Origin: Octopus vulgaris
Lineage: Eukaryota
NCBI GenBank assembly: GCA_951406725.2
Contig: OX597820.1
Span: forward strand, 121,272,001-121,336,000
DNA length: 64,000 nucleotides
Reading direction: 5' to 3'
Shown: in pieces, positions 55,261 to 64,000 of the stretch
Position numbering within the stretch: the first letter of the stretch is position 1
Layout of the letters: the number at the start of each line of letters is the position of its first letter
Position numbers and translations under genes: made by a program
Notes under the pieces: model-generated
Told to the model about the DNA's origin: nothing
The model's input: only the letters and a program-made list of their open reading frames with translations
Databases searched by the model: none

Positions 55261-55460
55261 CAATCACGTGTTCAAAACTAACCTTGTCATTCTCAACCAT
55301 TTTGATATCCAAGACAGATTCAAAAACTGAATTTTTTCAGAGGGCTGCACCAAAATTATAAAACGCAGGCCAATTAAAGAAAAATAGTTATAAAAGAGAG
55401 ACAGTCGGAGCCGATGGAAGGTTGCTTGATGGCCGCATTCACCGCTCTCTCCCCCACCAC

Positions 55461-55649
55461 TCATTCACGAATTTCAGGCAGAGATTCTTCCATACACCAT
55501 TCCATGCCGCTGCTGTGTTGTGTACAGCCTTGTAGATATCGTATCTCTTCCACAAGTCACGAAGTGTGATGGACTCATCAAGATCAGTGGCAGTTATTGC
55601 TTTCGTACGCTTCCTATAGTAACGCTTGAAGATAGCAATTATTTCACTA
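55461..55649 (-). mobile_element. Near-identical duplicate of part of the Tigger remnant (49431-49642)
   Basis: Direct alignment by eye; 24-bp deletion between CATTC repeats. Confidence 0.9.
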
Positions 55650-55931
55650 TATATATATCATCCTCTGATGATATTGTGCTCATGTCACATCAATGTAAAC
55701 TAAATTTTTATTGAACATTAATTGAAACGGCTGTAAGTGAAGCTGGCCAATTTGCTTCCTAATCTCCAGTTTCTTTTCTTCTTTTAAATTAATATAAACT
55801 ATATGTTTTTATATATACCTATTATTTTAAGAAAATTCTTCCCCCCACCCACCCAAAAAATGCTAGGTATTGAACCAGTATGTCCTTCGATGAAATCATC
55901 CCTTCATCAGGCTTACACTTTCTCTAATTAA

Positions 55932-56004
<73 letters not shown>

Positions 56005-56055
56005 CTATCTATCTATCTACTATCTATCTATCTATCTATCTATCTATCATCCATC

Positions 56056-56174
<119 letters not shown>

Positions 56175-57243
56175 TTGGCATACATGTAGATACATAAGCA
56201 TATATGTGTATACATATGTAGATAAATACGTAAATACACAAACATGGATAGCCTCCTTCACCATGAGTGTAAGCTTGTTCGGCTTCAATGATTATGGAAT
56301 ATGTCATGAATATTGTATTTACAGCGAATGCCACAACCGTCAAACTTGTTAAAAACTGACCATTTCTGATGATACGCGTAGAAGAAATTCTATTCAAAAT
56401 CGAAGAATTAGTCTCCTGAAACTTTAGTTAAGCACGCAAGCACTTTACATAAACCACATAGGAGAGCATGACAAAATTAGTCTCTTGTGGATGGCGTTAA
56501 AACTAGAAAAACTATCAGACATCATCATAAATCTCTCTTTCAATAACGATATTGATCAGTTCCTTCAAAAAAAAAAAAAAAAGAAAAACAGAACTACAAA
56601 CAAGATGGCAGATGGTTAACTTCCATTCAAACAACCTTTGACTAACAATTGAAATGAGTTTTAGAAAAGCTGGTAATGACAATTTGTTAAAGTCCACATA
56701 CTGGTCAAATATGGGTGATAGAAATAAAGTATCAAAAGAGAGGTAACTGAGAACAAGGGAGAATAATCACGCGTTGTTACCCAAGATTTCCCCGAGGGGT
56801 CCCCACTTAAACGTGGATGTTCTATTCATGGTGAGTCCCACAGTATATTTTGTTCAAATACAATATCTAAGTTTAAGTGGCGACGAATATAACCTAGAAA
56901 AGTTTCACTACTATTTAGCCAGAGAAAATCAAATGAAGGTTCTCTGTTCATTGAAAGATCATCAATCCTTTTGTTGTCAAAGACTTCCGATTAGCAATAA
57001 CAGATATAACCAATTTAGTCTATACAGGAAACAAGATAAATGAAAGAATAAATAAAACGGTGTCTTATGTCGCAGTTTGAAAGATGCGATTTAACAAGCA
57101 ATGGAGAGAAGATAACAATATCTCGACCACAATGTGGATAGGAATACGAAATAAGGTCGAAACGTAACACCTGATGCACACCATTCTAACAATGGAGATT
57201 CTTCGGAATTAACACTGAAGATGGAAGCAATATAATCGGTTCA

Positions 57244-57331
<88 letters not shown>

Positions 57332-57340
57332 ATATATATA

Positions 57341-57408
<68 letters not shown>

Positions 57409-57628
57409 CATCTATCTATGTATCTATCTATCTATAATCAAAAACGTTATACATGGAAAGGTGAGAAATAGAAAACAAAATATAGAAATGCTGCAGTCAT
57501 ATATATTGTATATGCAAACATATTAAGAAAATACGTAAAACGAAAGAAATAAAGGGAATGGAAAATTGTCATAAAAAGACTATTGTGAAATCACCAGAAC
57601 CTTCGACGGGAATAGCGCTATATATATA

Positions 57629-57671
<43 letters not shown>

Positions 57672-57775
57672 TGTATATATATATTTATATTTATATTGAT
57701 ATATATATATGTATAAATATATATACATATATGTATATATATATATATTTTTACAAATATTTCTTTACATATGTA

Positions 57776-57814
<39 letters not shown>

Positions 57815-58288
57815 TGATGTATGTGTGTATATATTTATATTGATGTTATATTTATATTAGATGTATATATATATATATATATATATATACATTGTATATG
57901 CATTTATATATATACATATTTATATGTATATATAAATATCTATATATTCAACGGACCATAAACAAATCTTGACTTAAACAGGATTCGAATAATCCTATCA
58001 GGTGGTGCTATTATGTTAGACATGGCCTGGACCAATCTTTGGTCGAAACAAATCTGAGTTTATCTAAGTTTATATATGTATTTATATATATGATTATATA
58101 TGTGTATGTATATATGTATATATATATGTATGTATATATGTATGTATATATATATATATATATGTATGTATATATGTATATATATATATGTATGTATATA
58201 TATATGAATATATATATATACAGATGTATATATATATATATATGTATATGTATATATGTATATATGTATATGTATATATGTATATGTA

Positions 58289-58324
<36 letters not shown>

Positions 58325-58329
58325 ATAAT

Positions 58330-58536
58330 AATATTAGGGAGTAAATACAAACTTACAGAGAAAAATTAGATTTAAGATTAAATCCAATTTTATAGTATAA
58401 ATATATATATATTATATTAAATTAGAGATAAAAACACTATTAGGCAAATCAAACAGTGAAAATCAATAAATATTTAAATTAAATTTAAAATTTAAAAAAT
58501 TATTTAAGTTAATAATTTATACTTATAAATGTTTAA

Positions 58537-58589
<53 letters not shown>

Positions 58590-58788
58590 CATCATTAATA
58601 TTATTATTTTTAATACTCTTTAATTATTTATTTATTATTTTTTTTATTTAGAAAAAAATTAAGAATTTTTTTATATTTAAAAATTTTTTTTATATTAAAT
58701 ATAACTATCAAAAAGTATTAAGAGTTTAATATCAGATAAAGTGTTAAACTCTTAATACTTTTTGATAGTTATATTTAATATAAAATAA

Positions 58789-58862
<74 letters not shown>

Positions 58863-58887
58863 TAATAATAATTATATATATATATAC

Positions 58888-58918
<31 letters not shown>

Positions 58919-59067
58919 CATATATATATATTTAAAAATTTATAAGTATAAATTATTAATTTAAATATTTTTTTAAATTTTAATTTTAATTTTAATATTT
59001 ATTGGTTTATGATTTTCACTGTTTGATTTGCCTAATAGTGGTTTTATCTCTAATTTAATATAATATA

Positions 59068-59130
<63 letters not shown>
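58330..59130. repeat. Nested fold-back: ~150-bp outer inverted arms around a perfect 42-bp hairpin
   Basis: Outer ~58400-58550 versus ~58920-59070; inner 58688-58729 versus 58744-58785. Confidence 0.9.
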
Positions 59131-59133
<3 letters not shown>

Positions 59134-59214
59134 ATACGTCCGTGTGTGTATATGTATATATGTATCTATACTCATATATATATATATATATATAGATAGA
59201 TAGATAGATATAGC

Positions 59215-59720
59215 ACACATATCTTCAGCCGCTGCCCCAAAATGTGTGCGAGATATTACCTGCTCATGAGGCATGATAGAGTTGTGAAGACTATTTACGA
59301 TGCTATCCGTAGGAACGATTGCCTGGTGTATCCATCAAAGGCATGTACGAAGCCGCAGGTATTCACACCCTTAAAACCATGGAAAACTGTTGGAATCAAA
59401 CATTCTTTTCGATGCAAATATACCTGACCTGATATTGTTCTGTCGAACTCGTAGAGATCACTTGCTCAGCGGATATTAACGTACAATAAATGTCCGGGAA
59501 AAAGAGATCATTTATGGCGAATTAATGGGGGAACTTGCAGCTTTTGTACCCTGATTAGTAATTCTCATTCGTACTTATCGTTATTGGCGTATGAGATTCT
59601 ATAACATGTTTCCAAATAACACTACAAATGCTCGGTTTCACGGAAAAATGACTCCAAACCCAATCTATTAGTGACATAGTGCAGATTTGTAAGTCATATC
59701 AAAAGTTTTCTATCTTACAT
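59215..59720 (+). mobile_element. Degenerate RLE-type non-LTR retrotransposon 3' fragment (R4/NeSL-like)
   Basis: [53 protein letters not shown]. Confidence 0.7.
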
Positions 59721-60195
59721 GGTTATACCAGCAGATGCACACATTTGAGTGTGAACACCGAGATCTCATCCAACACATGAACTCAACCACATATTTACAA
59801 ACCCCGGGAACTCTCTTAACTGAAAATGCCTTGTTGCTTTGTTAGTAACCGGCTTGACGTTTCTCAAGTAAAACGTAAAGTAAAATCATACATACATAAA
59901 TACTAACAGAGACTTTTGTATGCATGCATGTATACATACATACATACAGGCATACGTAAATACATATATACATATATGTACACACACAGACACACATAGT
60001 TCGATAGGAAAAATACACACACTAGTGTGTCGTACAGCCAGCTGAAGACGATGTTTCTTAGCGCTAAAACAACAGTAAAATTCCAACCCGGACTGCCATA
60101 TTATATTGGCAAATAATCTTCATTTCAAACTACTGCTACTGCATGTCTCTCTTTGAGAGATTTAGAAATAATAGCACTTTTTTATACGCTCATAT

Positions 60196-60530
60196 AATGT
60201 TGTGTCTGGGGAGAGTAATTCTCTTTTAGTGCCTTATTATTTAACACACTCACTGGTAAAGTTGCCACTCATTTTACTCGTTTACATTTATTTTCCCTAA
60301 AGTCTTCGTTGTGTCTTGCAACCTTTTCAATGCGTCGCTGACAATTGAAAAAGTTCCAAAAAGCAACGAAAGTTTTAGGAAAAATAAATCAGTAAATGAG
60401 TGGAACCTTTACCGCTGAGTGTGTTAAATAATAAGGCATTAAAAGAAAATGACTCTCCCCAGACACAACAAAATATGCTTCAACACACGAACTCGCATAA
60501 AGAATCCTGCAAGCAAAATTTAAAAAAAAC
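60196..60530. mobile_element. Fold-back element, copy 2 (opposite orientation, longer arms)
   Basis: TGTTGTGTCTGGGGAGAG... / ...CTCTCCCCAGACACAACA with a one-sided extension matching 8010-8056. Confidence 0.8.
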
Positions 60531-60549
60531 AAGTACCTATATATATATA

Positions 60550-60985
60550 ATTTAAATTAAATTACAGTTTACTCCCTGGTCAAATACTGCAGTTTTCTGC
60601 GGTACTGCTCGTAAATTACACGTGGGTACAAGGGCTAAATATGTATTCACATTCGTCCGTGTAAATTTTGGTAGTGTTGGTTGGATGTCTGTTGCACGAT
60701 GTCGCTCCATCGTGTGCGTATTTAACCCTAGGCACTTTAAAGTTTTATAATGGAAATGCTACACTGATGATGGGAAGTAAGTAAATTAAATACTTTATTC
60801 TCGAAACGCGTGTATAGCTAATCGAAGTAGTGTTGATTAATTATTTTTCTCTTTGCCTACGTAAAAAAGTTGTTACTGCCGTGGAGATTCTTACGGTATT
60901 AGAAATGGAATTTTTAACTCCTATTTCTAAATTCTGTATGTGGTGAAGCAATTAGCTGACCGCTAATTATAATTATATATTTTAT
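60550..60985 (+). mobile_element. (TA)n-flanked element containing a hammerhead motif (60758-60818)
   Basis: GCUACA-CUGAUGA-U-GGGAAGUAAGUA-loop-UACUUUAUUCUC-GAAA-CGCGU-G-UAUAGC. Confidence 0.75.
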
Positions 60986-61572
60986 ATAAATATATATATA
61001 CACACACTCATTCACATACACGCACACACACACATACACATATGTACATTTTGAGGATTTAAGCTTGCAAGCAATCCTATTATCTACAACCGAGATTAAT
61101 AATATATCGGTCAAAAGAAATTAATGAGAAAATAAAACTACGTAGCCAATGAGATAAACTAATTCAATAATTTAGGATAATTTAATAAATAGTTAAGTAC
61201 AACAGAAATTAATAAAGAAAGAGATAGAGATGTAGATGAGGCTGTCTTGTTTTTGATCATGAAGTTTTTTAATAAAGAGTTCACCTTTTTATTGTTGCGA
61301 AAGTTATTAAAGATTATTCCATTCATTCTTGTTTGGATGATTTGGTGCCAACATTAACAAGTTCAGTTTCGATAATTCATAGAAGTTCATCGATCGTATT
61401 TGATACCAGGTTGTAATTGAGTTTGTTTCTTGTTTCTCTAATGGCGATAGCCGACTGAAGGATGTATACGCATCCACACACGCACACATCCACACACATC
61501 CACACACACACATATATACACACATAAACACACACCCACACACTTAAACCGACAAAATTAATATAATTTATT

Positions 61573-62260
61573 TATGAGGTGATATCAAAACGTTCACTGA
61601 GTAGTGTTTAACAAAAAAATAGCTTATTTACCTAAGTTTTAACATTATCTCCTTCTAGGTATTTACCTTGCACGGCAATACACCGCTCCCAGCGTTCCGC
61701 CAGTTTTGGAATCCACCTTGGAAGGCGTTCTCCGCAAGCGAGTCGAGGTCGAGTACCTTCTGCGATTCGATCCCGGTATAGACAGCGGTGTTAAATCGGC
61801 AACCTTTGGGCTGCATTTTCATCATAGATAAGTGATGAGTACAAAATCTGGTGAATAGGGCTTGTGAGGCAGCCACACCACGGTTTTGTCGAGAAACTCA
61901 CGAGTGAGGAAAGCTCGGTGACAGGGTGCATTTTTGTCGGGAAACGTCTAATTCTTCACGCTCCACAGATCCAGTCGCTTCCACCGAACGTCCTCTCTCA
62001 AATGCTTCAAAACATCATTGACTCTCCTCCGATGATTTTCATACACAAGCTAATGAATTTTCTTCACACGAACAGTGACGGACGCTAGTCGTCTTCCAGG
62101 GATGTTCTTCTGCTTTTGAAGCGTCCCTGTTCTCGAAGCCTTTCGTACGACCCACTGCCTCGTCACCATAAGCTTACCGAACCCTCCTCAATGGCTCTGT
62201 AGAAGACTTCCCAAGTTTTACGAAAAAAGTCACGTTCTTTCCCAACTTTCTATCCACAAA
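61573..62260 (-). mobile_element. Degenerate mariner element
   Basis: TA-TGAGGTGATATCAAAA terminus; N-terminal NVTFFVKLGKSSTE..AYGDEAV and C-terminal MKMQPKGCRF..AFQGGFQNW..RWERCIAVQGKYLEGD. Confidence 0.8.
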
Positions 62261-62269
62261 AGACATCGC

Positions 62270-62289
62270 GGATCTTTTCGGTTTGAACG
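62270..62289 (+). repeat. Solo 20-bp end of the Merlin-like MITE TIR
   Basis: GGATCTTTTCGGTTTGAACG exact match. Confidence 0.7.
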
Positions 62290-62631
62290 AAAGCGTCTCA
62301 TATTCGATGTATAAACACTGTTGATATTTCAGTGACCGCGGCACATATCCTTTGATATATCTTATAGATGTTCTATGTTTAAACCACAATAAATATCCGG
62401 GGAGATGAATTCTTGACGATGCACGTATCTAGCTGCAAGTTCGCGTCATTGAAAAGCCCCAAAAGTTGTAGAATATATATAATATGATTTTCTTTCGGGT
62501 TTTAACCTTGGAATTTGCTTTATTAAGCTTGTCAATCGGTTCCGGCTATCAGATACAAGTATAAAACGAAAACTGATATTTTTACAGATAATATATTTGC
62601 AAGGAGGCGCAGATAATATATATTGCAAGGA

Positions 62632-63053
62632 GGCGCAGGAGCGGCTGTGTGGTAAGTAGCTTGCTAACCAACCACATAGTTCCGGGTTCAGTCCCACTGT
62701 GTGGCATCTTGGGCAAGTGTCTTCTGCTATAGCCCCGGGCCGACCAATGCCTTGTGAGTGGATTTGGTAGACGGAAACTGAAAGAAGCCTGTCATATATA
62801 TATGTATATATATATGTTTATATGTATGTGTGTGTGTTTGTGTGTCTGTGTTTGTACCCCTAGCATTGCTTGACAACCGATGCTGGTGTGCTTACGTCAT
62901 CGTCACTTAGCGGTTCGGCAAAAAGAGACCGATAGAATAAGTACTGGGCTTACAAAGAATAAGTCCCGGGGTCGATTTGCTTGACTAAAGGCGGTGCTCC
63001 AGCATGGCCGCAGTCAAATGACTGAAACAAGTAAAAGAGTAAAAGAGAGAGTA
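62632..63053 (+). mobile_element. SINE family A, full length
   Basis: Same sequence as 87-492. Confidence 0.92.
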
Positions 63054-63559
63054 AGTCCGTCAATATCCGTAGAGTTTACATAATTATTATCAAGGGGAAT
63101 AGAGTAAGGTGTAGATATTTTTGCGCTATTAGTATAATAATACAGATGCAATGTCTTGTTACGCATATTATATAATAACATTGATGCAGAAATATCCTCC
63201 GGATAAAATATCGATGCAACACTTGTAAAATTATGTAATAAAAACGAATTGCTCACTCCATTCTCCTTAGTAATATATAATATACATATAATTGTTTCTA
63301 CAATATCTGTATTATTGGCGAACTCACAATATATTTTATGTGCATCAAAGTTCATAATAAGTCCATATATAAAAGATTGCCGTGAGATGGATGAAAGACC
63401 AAAATGATTCTTCGTCGACAATAAAGTCAGACGAGAAACTGATGGAAATAAAAATCGTTTAGAAGCATTTCAACTTGTGCTCTCATATTCTAGTCACATC
63501 AATGCAGTTGAAATATGTTGCTAAGAATAATTGATCGTCGGCTGTTCCAATCTATAGAC

Positions 63560-63930
63560 CAATAATTACTAATTTAATAGCAATTATATATACATTTTAC
63601 ACACCATCAGATGGTATATGAGATTCGTCGAATATTTTGTCAATTCTATTAGATTCAAGTCGTAATGTCTGTAGCACTGCGAATGTGTATGAAACCCAAT
63701 AAACCTCTGAAGCACATTAAATCCTTCAGCGTTCAAATAACGCCAACAAATAAAGAAATCTGTTGACCAATTAACCTTTCCTCCAACTTACATTCTTCTG
63801 CGATTCCGTAAAACACACGGCAACTATTTGTCTATATTAAAACCTCCATAATATATCGCTGACACACCTGATTACAAGGTTAGAATACTGGACTGCTGTA
63901 ACCCCCCACCATCACAATCTACCTATAATC
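63560..63930 (-). mobile_element. Possible highly decayed LINE APE-endonuclease remnant
   Basis: Scattered motifs in the expected order: GGFNID (GDFN-like) and SNRIDKIF..PSDG (RID..F/SDH-like). Confidence 0.3.
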
Positions 63931-64000
63931 TAATTATCCTTTATATAGGTCAATCTGGGAAGTCCCAGACTTCCCAGTGAGTGTATAACACGAAGATGAA

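Noticed and set aside
55660-55915. Two CTGATGA-containing hairpins (~55665 plus, ~55905 minus)
   Set aside because: GAAA box missing (TAAA or GAAG) and no stem I/III support
56500-57050. Possible RT remnant (FPEGSPL)
   Set aside because: Single short motif; cannot be supported without a search
57120-57180. Hammerhead candidate (TCGACC..GGTCGAAACGTA..CTGATGC)
   Set aside because: No CUGANGA box before the stem; downstream CTGATGC lacks proper topology

Overview
Eukaryotic, AT-rich, microsatellite-saturated non-coding DNA. The SINE repertoire looks like an octopus (coleoid cephalopod) genome; this is inferred from repeat families. I recognise no intact host gene, rRNA, true tRNA or CRISPR, and nearly all listed ORFs are translations of simple repeats. 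The window is a mosaic of: tRNA-derived SINEs (a CORE-type family A, a Nin/Deu-domain family B, a Meta-domain family C); three copies of a Merlin-like MITE with 8-bp TSDs and internal TTAGGG repeats; a non-autonomous Helitron; mariner/Tc1 and Tigger remnants; R4/Dong-like and RTE LINE 3' ends; and two Penelope-like (GIY-YIG) remnants. The most notable signal is eight minimal type-I hammerhead-ribozyme (HHR)-like motifs, most with non-canonical cores, in Penelope 3' ends or short microsatellite-flanked elements. One is the 3' module of a tRNA-headed SINE-like element (38932-39306, minus): Pol III-type promoter + (AAT)n + hammerhead. Also notable are an RTE LINE present as two exactly complementary pieces in permuted order and several long fold-back palindromes. 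Coordinates were read by eye and may be off by a few bases.
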